Of a stretch of 64,000 nucleotides of DNA, positions 14,064-23,587 are shown in pieces. Origin of the DNA: a virus. Taxonomy: Duplodnaviria; Caudoviricetes. The notes below the pieces were generated by a model that ran no database searches, was not told where the DNA came from, and saw nothing but the letters and a program-made list of their open reading frames with translations. Made by a program: the position numbers and the translations under genes. The DNA lies in IMG/VR virus record IMGVR_UViG_3300022602_000025; one strand, 5' to 3'. Position 1 is the stretch's first letter. Each line of letters starts with the position of its first letter.

Positions 14064-14984
14064 ATGCACATCCAAAAGTTTTTAGAACAAGACGTTAGTA
14101 AGCAACTTGAAAAGGCCTGTATCTGGGGCTTGCGGCTACATTATTTGGCCAGCGACTTGAGGACGTTTGCTAACGAAATTGGTGCTAAGGATTTGGAAAC
14201 ACTTGAGCAATACCATTGGTTCAATCAGCATTTTGGTCCAGGGTTTGGCGCAGGTCAGGGCTATCGTACCGCCTCAAACGAAAACTACAATAACCTAGGT
14301 TACTGTATCCGCGAAACACAAAGTAACGTTCTTAACACGACTGAAAAGAAAGGCAACTTGGGTGCTGACCTTGTAACAGGTTTTGCACTCGGTCATATGC
14401 TGGCAACAGGTCGTGCGGGTCTTACTACAGATGATTTCCATACTAAAGAAGGCGGCTTCCATTGTGAGCATAACTTCCAGGTAAACCATATCAAGAAATT
14501 GCTATTGGAAAAATTGCTTACTAAAAATAAGATTGATCCAAAAAGCCTTGTCCGCTTTGTTATTGACCATAGTCTTGTTGTTACTGTTCATAATAGTGAA
14601 CGCAAGGACGGCGGGTCTAATATGAACAAAAACATCGCTCCGTTTTGGCGATATGCCAATGTAGGTGCAAACGTACTACAATATACTGACGATGGTTTTG
14701 AAGACGTTACCAACGCCACTATCAATGAAATTAATTCCAACCGTTGGAATCGCAATAAATATTTTAAAGAGTTCCGTAACTCTTTTGAAAGTATTGCACA
14801 GGATACCATTGATCAATTCCGTAATGAAGTGTATAATAGCACTTATATGAAGGAACCTTGTAGTTCTACTTCACCCATTTTAAATGAGGCGAATTTGAAA
14901 TTGTTGGTTAAGAATGATCCTGCGGCAATCGCTAAGGCATTCTACCCAGACAAATTTAAAGATAGATGGAAAAAAGGCAAATGA
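14064..14984 (+). CDS. Hypothetical protein (possible His-Me nuclease remnant, FHCEHNF)
   Basis: 306-aa ORF with SD. The motif similarity is weak. Confidence 0.6.
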   Translation: MHIQKFLEQDVSKQLEKACIWGLRLHYLASDLRTFANEIGAKDLETLEQYHWFNQHFGPGFGAGQGYRTASNENYNNLGYCIRETQSNVLNTTEKKGNLGADLVTGFALGHMLATGRAGLTTDDFHTKEGGFHCEHNFQVNHIKKLLLEKLLTKNKIDPKSLVRFVIDHSLVVTVHNSERKDGGSNMNKNIAPFWRYANVGANVLQYTDDGFEDVTNATINEINSNRWNRNKYFKEFRNSFESIAQDTIDQFRNEVYNSTYMKEPCSSTSPILNEANLKLLVKNDPAAIAKAFYPDKFKDRWKKGK

Positions 14985-16015
14985 ACAATTATACATGGCA
15001 ACAATGGGATATCAATCACTTTAGGACTCTAAGTCCACTACACACAGATCCAACTAAAGAACTCATACATAATCGTATGGGTCGCCTTTATTGGGTCACC
15101 GCAGGCGATGCACTTTATGTACAACGCTTCGCAAGAGAAAATGGTCCGTATCAAGGACGCAATTTAAAATTTCTAAGAACTGTTGTACCAAACGCTCAAA
15201 CTATTATTGACGTTGGAATGAATGTAGCAAACAATACGATGGAGTATGCTACCTGGGCACAGGACGTACATGGCTTTGAGCCGTTTCCTGAAACCTATCA
15301 ACTGGCAACAGAAACAATCACACTTAATCAACACGTTGAACTCAAAGGTCGTTATTGGGATACTAGAGCCGTTAAGACAGTCCATAATCCTAATCACGAT
15401 GACGGCTGGTTTAAAAAGCCAGATGGAACTTTCGCTAGTCTTGCACTCACAGGCAACATCCATACTTACAATGTAGGATTGGGCGAAGTGCCTGGATCCT
15501 TCCAGATGGAACATCATCCTAACAATGCAGGTCACAACTGTATCCTTACAGAAGGTCGTAAAGATAAAACAAACTATGCTCTGCATACTGTTACAGTTAA
15601 TACGTTAGATTCTTATAACTTTGAAAATGTAGACATTATTAAAGTAGACGTTGAAGGTTATGAGTTTCCTGTACTCAAAGGCGGAGAGCAGACTATTCGC
15701 CGTTGCCGTCCTGTCGTACAACTTGAAATGGTAGAAGCACAGGCTAAGAAATTTGGTTATACTCCGCAAGACATCGCAGACTTTTTTATTAACAAGATTG
15801 GCAACTACAGCATCTATACATTCAAAGGTGAGAAACTTCCAGATACTTGGGCCAAGGTCAAAGGCATTATGGATTATTTCTTTGTGCCTAATGAACGTGC
15901 AGGTAACATTGTTGTAGACAAAGCGACAACACATCCAGGTATGGGCGAAGGCGGTTTTGGAAAACGTCATCAAACTACACCACTACTTAACCCAGAAATA
16001 TTTGTTGAGGAATAA
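14981..16015 (+). CDS. FkbM-family SAM-dependent methyltransferase
   Basis: IIDVGMNVA, VHGFEPF and DIIKVDVEGYEFPVLKG motifs. Confidence 0.88.
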   Translation: MNNYTWQQWDINHFRTLSPLHTDPTKELIHNRMGRLYWVTAGDALYVQRFARENGPYQGRNLKFLRTVVPNAQTIIDVGMNVANNTMEYATWAQDVHGFEPFPETYQLATETITLNQHVELKGRYWDTRAVKTVHNPNHDDGWFKKPDGTFASLALTGNIHTYNVGLGEVPGSFQMEHHPNNAGHNCILTEGRKDKTNYALHTVTVNTLDSYNFENVDIIKVDVEGYEFPVLKGGEQTIRRCRPVVQLEMVEAQAKKFGYTPQDIADFFINKIGNYSIYTFKGEKLPDTWAKVKGIMDYFFVPNERAGNIVVDKATTHPGMGEGGFGKRHQTTPLLNPEIFVEE

Positions 16016-17170
16016 GTGTCAGACCTTATAGTCGCTGATTACTACAACTACCTCTGTCAAGCCTGGAATTTTACACCTACTGATCGTGTGTGTTCAGGCT
16101 ATGAGGCATATCTACCTCGCCTGCGTGAGTTAGGTAAAGGTGCATGGATTGCCGCGGATGAAATTGGTAAACAAGAAATACAGCAAGAAGTATTTGAGAT
16201 TTATCGCAAGGTGGGAATAGTACCTATCCATTATTACAATCTAGACGGTTGCCGCGATGAAATACTGGAACTAGCAACTAAATCAAAAAATGTAGAGAAT
16301 AAAACCATAGGCGTTGGCAATAATGAAGCCCTTGCATTTGGACGCTTTTGGTTTGAAAACATGCAGGATGCACATACACGCAACGACTTTGAAGTAAGTC
16401 TGCGTGGACGTTTCTTAAATGATGTCAAACTCAAACGGGCTATTAAGATATGCTACGAGCATAGAGACGAAGGCGCAGACGCTGTTATTCCAAAAAATCT
16501 ACGCCGTGCTTTTGATTTGGTTAGTGGAGGAAGTATCCAAAACTTCAAGCCAATGAACGCTCGTGCTGTTTGGGAATATATCTGTCCTGTGTTTAAAGGT
16601 CGAGTGTTGGACTTTAGTAGTGGGTATGGGGGTCGTATGCTAGGTGCGATGACTAGCAAAATGCGATACCATTACACCGGCATAGACCCTAATACTAAAA
16701 CTTATAATGGTCTTACAGCATTGGGCACCTTAATCAATGCCACTTTGGATACAGAATTTGAAATGAACTGTATGGGTAGCGAAGACTTTGATCCAGTAGC
16801 AGGCGACTATGATGCGGCCTTTTCAAGCCCTCCATATTTTAATTTGGAAACCTACACCGATGAACCTACCCAATGTATGAATCGTTATAGCGACATAGAT
16901 CGTTGGTTTGAAGGATATGTAGAGCCCACACTTAAAATGGTACATAAAGCGTTGGACAATGATGCCATCTATGCTGTCAATATTGCAGACTATAAAATGG
17001 GCAAGGAACAATTCCAAATCGTAGAGCGTTGGAAAGAGCTTAGCCAAAAGGTTGGATTCAAATATCAAGATACTGTCCACATGCTGTTAAATGTGCGTCC
17101 TGGAGTTGGTAATGGTAAATCAGAACAGGCATTTAAAAGCGAAGGCATTTATATCTTTAAAAAGTGTTGA
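16016..17170 (+). CDS. DNA amino-methyltransferase (N4C/N6A)
   Basis: VLDFSSGYGGR SAM-binding motif and FSSPPYF catalytic motif. Confidence 0.85.
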   Translation: MSDLIVADYYNYLCQAWNFTPTDRVCSGYEAYLPRLRELGKGAWIAADEIGKQEIQQEVFEIYRKVGIVPIHYYNLDGCRDEILELATKSKNVENKTIGVGNNEALAFGRFWFENMQDAHTRNDFEVSLRGRFLNDVKLKRAIKICYEHRDEGADAVIPKNLRRAFDLVSGGSIQNFKPMNARAVWEYICPVFKGRVLDFSSGYGGRMLGAMTSKMRYHYTGIDPNTKTYNGLTALGTLINATLDTEFEMNCMGSEDFDPVAGDYDAAFSSPPYFNLETYTDEPTQCMNRYSDIDRWFEGYVEPTLKMVHKALDNDAIYAVNIADYKMGKEQFQIVERWKELSQKVGFKYQDTVHMLLNVRPGVGNGKSEQAFKSEGIYIFKKC

Positions 17171-17195
17171 CAGCCTTTAAAATAACAAGTATAAT
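17167..17195 (+). promoter_or_regulatory. sigma70-type promoter (leaderless gene follows)
   Basis: TTGACA-17-TATAAT, ATG after a 6-nt gap. Confidence 0.8.
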
Positions 17196-17201
17196 AATAG
17201 T

Positions 17202-17480
17202 ATGAAAAAACTGTTTTTATTATCTTTAACACTTGCGATTTCATTAACTATGTTGGTCTCTTGCGGCGACGATTATCGTGAGATTCCAAAAGCGTTGAAA
17301 AATAAATTACAAATCTCTGTGCTAAAACACAGCGACGAAGATAACGAGAATGTTCCAAAAGATTTAACAATACTGTGCGTTGATGGAATCAAATATTTGG
17401 TTACACCACAAGGCGGAATCACTGTTAAATTCCAAGCTAATCGCGAGGGCGATCCATCAGCAGAGGAATGCGATGAATAA
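17202..17480 (+). CDS. Putative lipoprotein
   Basis: MKK + hydrophobic signal + LVSC lipobox. Confidence 0.7.
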   Translation: MKKLFLLSLTLAISLTMLVSCGDDYREIPKALKNKLQISVLKHSDEDNENVPKDLTILCVDGIKYLVTPQGGITVKFQANREGDPSAEECDE

Positions 17481-17754
17481 AGTCAATAAACAACCGAGCC
17501 AATTTGAATTATGGTTGCAACGCATTTGGTTTGAAAATAAACAAGAACACGATGAGTTCGGTGAACCTACACTTACCATGCAGGAATATTTTGCCAAATA
17601 CAAATACTGGCTCAAACGTAAATTCCGCGAACAACAAAAAGAAGAAAGCCACGATTCAAACTTTGTCGCAGACATGATTTTAAACGATAAATTAGATTAT
17701 AGGACTACTTCTTTGCTGTCTGACAGCCAAAATAAATTACTTAAAAAAGGTTAA
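17473..17754 (+). CDS. Hypothetical protein
   Basis: GAGGA SD before ATG 17473. Confidence 0.6.
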   Translation: MNKVNKQPSQFELWLQRIWFENKQEHDEFGEPTLTMQEYFAKYKYWLKRKFREQQKEESHDSNFVADMILNDKLDYRTTSLLSDSQNKLLKKG

Positions 17755-17756
17755 TA

Positions 17757-18473
17757 ATGAAAAATAAAGGTAAACTACAGATCCCAAGCCGCCCGCAACA
17801 GAACAGAGTGGCACAGCCTGCTCCACAAGCTCAAGCACCACAAGGTAAAGCACCAAGCGTGATGATCCTAGTGCCAGCTATGGAAATGGTTAATGCAGAA
17901 TTTGCACAGCACTTGGCTATGGCAGCAGCTAACTTAGTGGCCAACGGAATTAAAATTAACTGTGCATTTAATATTGGATCAGTTATTACTATCGCCCGCC
18001 GTAACTTAACTGACATCTTTATGAAGTCAGATTTTGACTTTGCTTGGTGGGTTGATTCAGACATGAAGTTTCCAATTGATGCTCCTCTAAAATTGTTGAA
18101 GCGTGGCGTTCCATTAGTTGGCTGTAATTATCGCAGACGACGTTTCCCAAATCCAGGCTTCACTGGCATGATGGGTACTCCGGGTAACTTCGCAGAATTG
18201 GTTACAGACGATAATAGTCCTCCTATTGAAAAGGTAGATGTATTGCCACACGGTATGATGATGGTTCATCGTTCAGTTTATGAAAAGATTCCTCAACCGC
18301 ATTACCTACAAGACTTTGTTCCAGAACTTAATTTAGAAGTTGGTGAGGATATCTATTTCTGTAACAAAGCAAAAGCCGCTGGATTTGACGCATGGTGCGA
18401 TCACGAGCTAAGCCGTGAAATTGCACACATTGGCATTTTCCACTTTAATTACAATTTATCAGTACCACAATAA
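17757..18473 (+). CDS. GT-A fold glycosyltransferase (GT2-like)
   Basis: WWVDSDM DxD motif, GEDIYFC and HIG motifs. Confidence 0.8.
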   Translation: MKNKGKLQIPSRPQQNRVAQPAPQAQAPQGKAPSVMILVPAMEMVNAEFAQHLAMAAANLVANGIKINCAFNIGSVITIARRNLTDIFMKSDFDFAWWVDSDMKFPIDAPLKLLKRGVPLVGCNYRRRRFPNPGFTGMMGTPGNFAELVTDDNSPPIEKVDVLPHGMMMVHRSVYEKIPQPHYLQDFVPELNLEVGEDIYFCNKAKAAGFDAWCDHELSREIAHIGIFHFNYNLSVPQ

Positions 18474-18491
18474 CACACACAAGGAGGTCCT

Positions 18492-18665
18492 ATGGACTTT
18501 GAAACGATAGAGCTACGCAAGGTAAAGAACGGAGTAATTGTAGCACTCCGCACAGAAGACGATGATGGCGAATACATCTTCGATACTAATCGCAAGGCTC
18601 TGAAATTTGTCCGTGATCTCCTTGAAAACAAACTACCACAACAGATAATCTCAAATGCTGAATAG
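18492..18665 (+). CDS. Small hypothetical protein (57 aa)
   Basis: AAGGAGG SD, manually translated (MDFETIELRKVKNG...). Confidence 0.6.
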   Translation: MDFETIELRKVKNGVIVALRTEDDDGEYIFDTNRKALKFVRDLLENKLPQQIISNAE

Positions 18666-19014
18666 TGTATTACTCGTTTTAATTCTTCTCCAAATTAAAC
18701 ATTGGTATATTGATTTTGTAAATCAAAGCGAAGAAGAAGTACAGCACAAAGGAACATATCTTGATTGGCGTGGCGTTAAGCACAGCCTAAAGCAAGGTGT
18801 TGCTACTATGTTTGTATTTTTCTGGTTCATTGATCCTATATCGTCATTTATTTTAGGATTGATTGATTTCATCTCACATTACCATATTGATTTTTGTAAA
18901 ATCCGTTTTGGTAACAGAGATATTAAAACTCCGCAGTTTTGGGCCCAACTAGGATTAGACCAAATGGCCCACCAGCTCACATACATTGGGCTGATATGGT
19001 TACTGTTTATATGA
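18655..19014 (+). CDS. DUF3307-like membrane protein
   Basis: KHWYIDF, HYHIDF and DQMAHQL His/Asp motifs in TM helices. Confidence 0.7.
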   Translation: MLNSVLLVLILLQIKHWYIDFVNQSEEEVQHKGTYLDWRGVKHSLKQGVATMFVFFWFIDPISSFILGLIDFISHYHIDFCKIRFGNRDIKTPQFWAQLGLDQMAHQLTYIGLIWLLFI

Positions 19015-19448
19015 AAAAAGAATATAATATTAAAGACACCGTTTGGATTCATATCGGTGAAAGAAAACTTACTGAAGGTCGTGTAGTAGAAATTATCGAC
19101 CTTGAGCACTTAGGTGAAGGGCACGATTCTTCAAACGAGCTGTACATTATTGAACTTAAAACAGGTATTGATGACATTTACGAAGTACGGACATTTGAAC
19201 AAATCAGTCCGGACGCACAGGGTCCAATTACCCTGTTTAGAAAACACAAGGATGAATTAGTTCAAGGTAATCGCCTGCTAAAGAAAATAGGAATGCCATT
19301 GCCAGACAGCGTGGCTATCTATGAGCCAACACCTGACGAAATTCATGCCGCGATGGAACGTAGCCAACAGGCTACACAACATGCACCTTTGAACACCAAA
19401 CCCAAATCTAATCGCAAATACGTTAAACGAAAGCCTAGAGTAAAATGA
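19011..19448 (+). CDS. Hypothetical protein
   Basis: Coupled start (MKKEYNIKD), basic C-terminus. Confidence 0.6.
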   Translation: MKKEYNIKDTVWIHIGERKLTEGRVVEIIDLEHLGEGHDSSNELYIIELKTGIDDIYEVRTFEQISPDAQGPITLFRKHKDELVQGNRLLKKIGMPLPDSVAIYEPTPDEIHAAMERSQQATQHAPLNTKPKSNRKYVKRKPRVK

Positions 19449-19633
19449 TCAGGATTTCAATTAAGGGAGGCCCTGCTGGCATAGATGCTAGCGAATGGTG
19501 TCAGGCTAACCTTAATGATGAAGATTGGGACTTATGGATGGACTTGCCCAATTCCTGGACAACTTATCATTTTGAGTTCAGTACTGAACAGGCCGCTACC
19601 TTATTCTCACTAAGATGGGCAGAGTACGCATAG
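19445..19633 (+). CDS. Small hypothetical protein
   Basis: ATGA overlap with the upstream gene. Confidence 0.55.
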   Translation: MIRISIKGGPAGIDASEWCQANLNDEDWDLWMDLPNSWTTYHFEFSTEQAATLFSLRWAEYA

Positions 19634-19914
19634 ACTTCCATGACCATGCCGATGGGTCAAAAGTGTTTAATAATCTTATGCAGGCATATTATAAAGAACA
19701 CGGAACTACACCAGAATTCTATTCTGGATATCATGCTGGAAAAGAAACATGGCAATCACAACTAACAGAATGGATTGGCAGTCAAGGGTTCCCTTGCCGG
19801 GCCTTTCAGGACAGGACTTTGGTACATGGCGGGAACAATATGGCCACCTCGTACTCAGTAGGACTCGAAATGCCAAGCTCAATCAGTATATTATTTTGGA
19901 TGAAGTGGTTGTGA
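19615..19914 (+). CDS. Hypothetical protein
   Basis: ORF filling the operon gap, start uncertain. Confidence 0.45.
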   Translation: MGRVRIDFHDHADGSKVFNNLMQAYYKEHGTTPEFYSGYHAGKETWQSQLTEWIGSQGFPCRAFQDRTLVHGGNNMATSYSVGLEMPSSISILFWMKWL

Positions 19915-20168
19915 TAACTAAAGAAATCGTTGTTCATCATTTTACTATGGGCGATGTAGACGATCCTGATTTATACGCAGCTGAACCTTTGTATCAGTGG
20001 CAAATAAGTGAACAGGGAAAATGGGTAATGGAACGGGCGTTAGAAACGCCAGTTTGGCACAGGATAACAGATCCTACAAGTTTTGGATATAGATATACTG
20101 TAACAGCAACGTTTCAAGAAAAATATGTAACTGAGTTTTATTTAAGGTGGGGAAATGCCAATACGTGA
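19749..20168 (+). CDS. Hypothetical protein (true start probably near 19908)
   Basis: The C-terminal part (HHFTMGDVDDPDLYAAEPL...) looks coding. The N-terminal part overlaps the previous ORF. Confidence 0.5.
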   Translation: MAITTNRMDWQSRVPLPGLSGQDFGTWREQYGHLVLSRTRNAKLNQYIILDEVVVITKEIVVHHFTMGDVDDPDLYAAEPLYQWQISEQGKWVMERALETPVWHRITDPTSFGYRYTVTATFQEKYVTEFYLRWGNANT

Positions 20169-20339
20169 ATATCAATGCGAAGAATGTGGTGCGGAGTGGG
20201 AGGAATTACGCCGTGATCAAACGGATCCTTCCGAATGTCCTGAGTGTGGAGAGAGTGATTGCATCCATAGGAAACTTGCCTCTGGATCTTTCCAATTCAA
20301 AACCAAAGGGTTCTCTGGTACAACTTAATCCAAAATCAA

Positions 20340-20368
20340 TTGACAAAACCTAAGTTTCTTGTTATAAT
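20340..20368 (+). promoter_or_regulatory. sigma70-type promoter (leaderless gene follows)
   Basis: TTGACA-17-TATAAT, ATG after a 6-nt gap. Confidence 0.85.
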
Positions 20369-20374
20369 AGTACT

Positions 20375-20920
20375 ATGAAACTTACTTGTCTTGATTTAGA
20401 AATGAACCAACCTAGCGGCCGAATCGTCCAAATTGGTGCCGTTGTTGGTGACACAGCTACTGGAGAAATCGTCCAGCGGCTCCGTGTGTACGTCAATCCG
20501 GGCGAACCAATCGCTCCCTTTATTACTGATCTATGCGGAATCACGCAAGAGCAAATAGATAAAGAAGGAGTTCCTTTAGACGAAGCATATCAGCAACTTA
20601 AAGAAATGCACCGCCGCCATACAGAATTTGTAAACCCTGTTACATGGGGTGGCGGCGACAGCCAAGAAGTTTTTGAACAGATCAGTGATGATGCTCGCAA
20701 AGATTGGTGCTTTGGACGCAGATGGATCGATGCCAAGACGCTAGTTGTTAGTCAAATGATCGGCAAAGAAAACCGAGTGTATAGCGGTGGCCTTAGTTCT
20801 GCTATGAAAAGGTTTAATCTTAAGTTTGAAGGTCGTAAGCATGATGCCCAAGATGATGCAGAAAACACTTGGCGCATTTATTATCATATGTTATACTTGA
20901 TGAGACACGGGAGTTTTTAA
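20375..20920 (+). CDS. DEDDh 3'-5' exonuclease (DnaQ-like)
   Basis: CLDLEMN (Exo I), WIDAK and HDAQDDA (Exo III). Confidence 0.85.
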   Translation: MKLTCLDLEMNQPSGRIVQIGAVVGDTATGEIVQRLRVYVNPGEPIAPFITDLCGITQEQIDKEGVPLDEAYQQLKEMHRRHTEFVNPVTWGGGDSQEVFEQISDDARKDWCFGRRWIDAKTLVVSQMIGKENRVYSGGLSSAMKRFNLKFEGRKHDAQDDAENTWRIYYHMLYLMRHGSF

Positions 20921-21159
20921 TGGCTGAAATTACTAGACACGCTAGTACTTGCATGATCAAAATGGCTAAGAGTTCTAAACTCACGGAAGCTGTTGTAGAG
21001 GACTTTAAAGATAAAGTTTCTCTTAACGTGATTGTAAATAAAGCTGTAAGAATTAGTTTAAAATGGAATGGACAATGCTACGAAGGGCGTTCAGCAGGAA
21101 TGGACTTTGAAAGTGCTGGACCTACAGTATCTAAAACACAAACAGGAATACGAGGATAA
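20920..21159 (+). CDS. Hypothetical protein
   Basis: TAATG overlap with the exonuclease gene. Confidence 0.6.
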   Translation: MAEITRHASTCMIKMAKSSKLTEAVVEDFKDKVSLNVIVNKAVRISLKWNGQCYEGRSAGMDFESAGPTVSKTQTGIRG

Positions 21160-21160
21160 A

Positions 21161-21394
21161 ATGGCTAAGAAGAAAATTACTGTTGAATTTGCACCTGGAT
21201 GCTTTGACAACTTTGATGGCACTCAAGAAGAACTGGACCAGTTGATTGCGGAAATCACTCGCATGGCAGAATCTGGCGAGATGCTTGAAAAATCACGCCC
21301 GCTTGACTTTGATGAAATGATTGAGGAAGATCCAGAGATTGCCCAAAAAGTCATTGAGGCGATTGTAAAAGAAGGGACTCGCAAATTACAATGA
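21161..21394 (+). CDS. Hypothetical acidic protein
   Basis: GAGGA SD before ATG 21161. Confidence 0.6.
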   Translation: MAKKKITVEFAPGCFDNFDGTQEELDQLIAEITRMAESGEMLEKSRPLDFDEMIEEDPEIAQKVIEAIVKEGTRKLQ

Positions 21395-21771
21395 AAGCAG
21401 AAAAACCAGCAGAAGGCATTCTACTTAAAAAAGATTTTGGTGATGCTAAAATCTATGAAATTGTATGCGAGTGCGGCGATTGCAACCATTCACATACAGT
21501 ATGGGTAGAGGCAGAAGATATTGGCGTTAATGTTACTATCTATACTCAACAAAAAACCAAATGGTGGAAACTTAACCGCTGGCAAAAGATTTGGACACTA
21601 TTAACCAAAGGCTACATTGAGTATGAAGCTAGTCTTATTATGGGCGAACAACAAGCCCTAAACTATGCAGAAACTCTAAAATCTGCTATCAAAGATGTTA
21701 AGGTGTTCAAGGCAGATCGTGCAGAAAAAACAGCAACAAGAAAACTAACTGAAAATCTAGATTGCGTATAA
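21391..21771 (+). CDS. Hypothetical protein with CECGDC motif
   Basis: Coupled ORF. Confidence 0.6.
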   Translation: MKAEKPAEGILLKKDFGDAKIYEIVCECGDCNHSHTVWVEAEDIGVNVTIYTQQKTKWWKLNRWQKIWTLLTKGYIEYEASLIMGEQQALNYAETLKSAIKDVKVFKADRAEKTATRKLTENLDCV

Positions 21772-21781
21772 GGAATCATAC

Positions 21782-22612
21782 ATGAGATCACATTATTGGA
21801 CATGCTCAAAATTTGCAGACTGGCTTCGTGGCACACCTAAGCCTGGTGCGGCTACTAGCGAGGGTTGGGATGAATGGACTGAAAAGGCCAAAGCGGCACA
21901 TCCTATCCGTTATTGGATAGCTGACGATGCATTGGACTTTCTTCAAACAGTTGTATACTATATTCCGGACAGACTAAATGACATCAGATATTATATCAAC
22001 AATCGTTGGATTAGTAAGGCTCATGCTCTTACTGCCCACCCTCGTGATATCCGCCCTGGCCATTGGAGTGACGTTGGTAATCGTTTTCTTCCATGTATGT
22101 TTAACGAACTTGTGGACTTTGTTGAAATTGAACAGGCGTGGCATTATGTAATGTGGAACAGCGAAGAACAGAAGAAATATAATGTTCCTTGGTATCGCAG
22201 TGGTTGGTTGCGCTGGCGCACTTGGCGCTGTCCAGAAGCTGGCATGGCCTATTTGAATTGGGCCAGTACTCTTACCAACGAAGAGTTTCTTGACAAAGAT
22301 AAAAAACATTTAGCAGAACCGACTTATCAAGCCAAAGCCGCTAAAGAAATTATCGAGCTTTACACTTGGTGGACCACTGTCTATCGCAATCGTCCAGACC
22401 CTCATGATGCTAGTGGATGGACTGCTTACTGTGAACTTAGCCGTTTACAAAACGGTGGTCGGTTAAGTTGGGGTGCAGATAAAACTCCTGCACTTAAAAA
22501 AGCTAGTAAGATGGCACTTAATGAACTTCGTAAGATTGAAAAGGCTTATGAAAAAGAAGATGAAGCTATGATGATTCGTTTGATCAAAGTGAGACATGGA
22601 CTATGGACATAG
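21782..22612 (+). CDS. Trp-rich hypothetical protein
   Basis: 276-aa ORF with AAGGA SD. Confidence 0.7.
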   Translation: MRSHYWTCSKFADWLRGTPKPGAATSEGWDEWTEKAKAAHPIRYWIADDALDFLQTVVYYIPDRLNDIRYYINNRWISKAHALTAHPRDIRPGHWSDVGNRFLPCMFNELVDFVEIEQAWHYVMWNSEEQKKYNVPWYRSGWLRWRTWRCPEAGMAYLNWASTLTNEEFLDKDKKHLAEPTYQAKAAKEIIELYTWWTTVYRNRPDPHDASGWTAYCELSRLQNGGRLSWGADKTPALKKASKMALNELRKIEKAYEKEDEAMMIRLIKVRHGLWT

Positions 22613-22983
22613 ATGTTGGACTACTTATTTTATTTTGTGTGCTTGCCTGGATAGCATCACAAATAATTTTAGGCATTATGGATGCGTATCACGCTATTAA
22701 AGTAGCTGATCGTATGGAATTCTTAAAAAAACTTAATGATTCCATACACCAAGTTAAAGTTGAAAAACACGGTGATATGGAATATTGGTTTGATCAACAC
22801 TCTGATGAATTCTTAGGACAAGGCAAAACCCTTGAAGAAATCGCCAAAGTACTAAAGTCAAGATTTCCAACACATTTGTTTTTGCTAGATAGTCGAGGTG
22901 GTATAGCAGAACAGACAAATTGGAAACTAATGAATCCAGAAGAATTTAAGAAACTCACACTTTCATCGAAAGATTTAGTATGA
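22603..22983 (+). CDS. Hypothetical protein with N-terminal TM helix
   Basis: Hydrophobic N-terminus. Confidence 0.6.
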   Translation: MDIDVGLLILFCVLAWIASQIILGIMDAYHAIKVADRMEFLKKLNDSIHQVKVEKHGDMEYWFDQHSDEFLGQGKTLEEIAKVLKSRFPTHLFLLDSRGGIAEQTNWKLMNPEEFKKLTLSSKDLV

Positions 22984-23525
22984 CTGATGTTAGCAAAAGC
23001 CCAGAACGAAACACATTCCAATTAAACAATTATATCAAACGCCAAGAAGAAGAAGGTAAAGAGCCAAACGAGGCTTACCTAAATTTTTGGAAATCTGCTA
23101 CACAACAAGACGAAGAAAATATGGTTGATCCAGAATGGCAACGTAATAATCTGGAATACGACCTACGTTCAACAGATTGGATTTTGGCTAAAGCTCGTGC
23201 TAGAGAAAATTATGCCCAAAATATCTATGCCGCCATGTGCAATATGCGTTGGTGTAATGTTAAAGGTACAGATGCTGATGTTACTATGGACATTCTTAAA
23301 GACAACCTTTGGAGTTGTAGCTGGCGCTCGGCTGGAGGCATCGTGGCAGATATGCTACAAAAAGGCGACTACATAGATTGGTACTGTAGTGGTATTGGCG
23401 GTGTTGTTAATTACGATGACGAACTCCGAGAAGGCTATGTACCAGAAGGTGTAGTTACTGAAGAAATCCGTGGCGATTTTGCAACACTTGGGTGGATTCC
23501 TGTGCCGTGGGATGACGACAAATAA
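22980..23525 (+). CDS. Hypothetical protein
   Basis: Coupled 181-aa ORF. Confidence 0.65.
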   Translation: MTDVSKSPERNTFQLNNYIKRQEEEGKEPNEAYLNFWKSATQQDEENMVDPEWQRNNLEYDLRSTDWILAKARARENYAQNIYAAMCNMRWCNVKGTDADVTMDILKDNLWSCSWRSAGGIVADMLQKGDYIDWYCSGIGGVVNYDDELREGYVPEGVVTEEIRGDFATLGWIPVPWDDDK

Positions 23526-23528
23526 CGG

Positions 23529-23557
23529 TTGACAAAACCAATTTGCGGTGCTATAAT
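23529..23557 (+). promoter_or_regulatory. sigma70-type promoter
   Basis: TTGACA-17-TATAAT. Confidence 0.85.
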
Positions 23558-23587
23558 ATATACATATAGTTAAACAACGGAGTGAAT

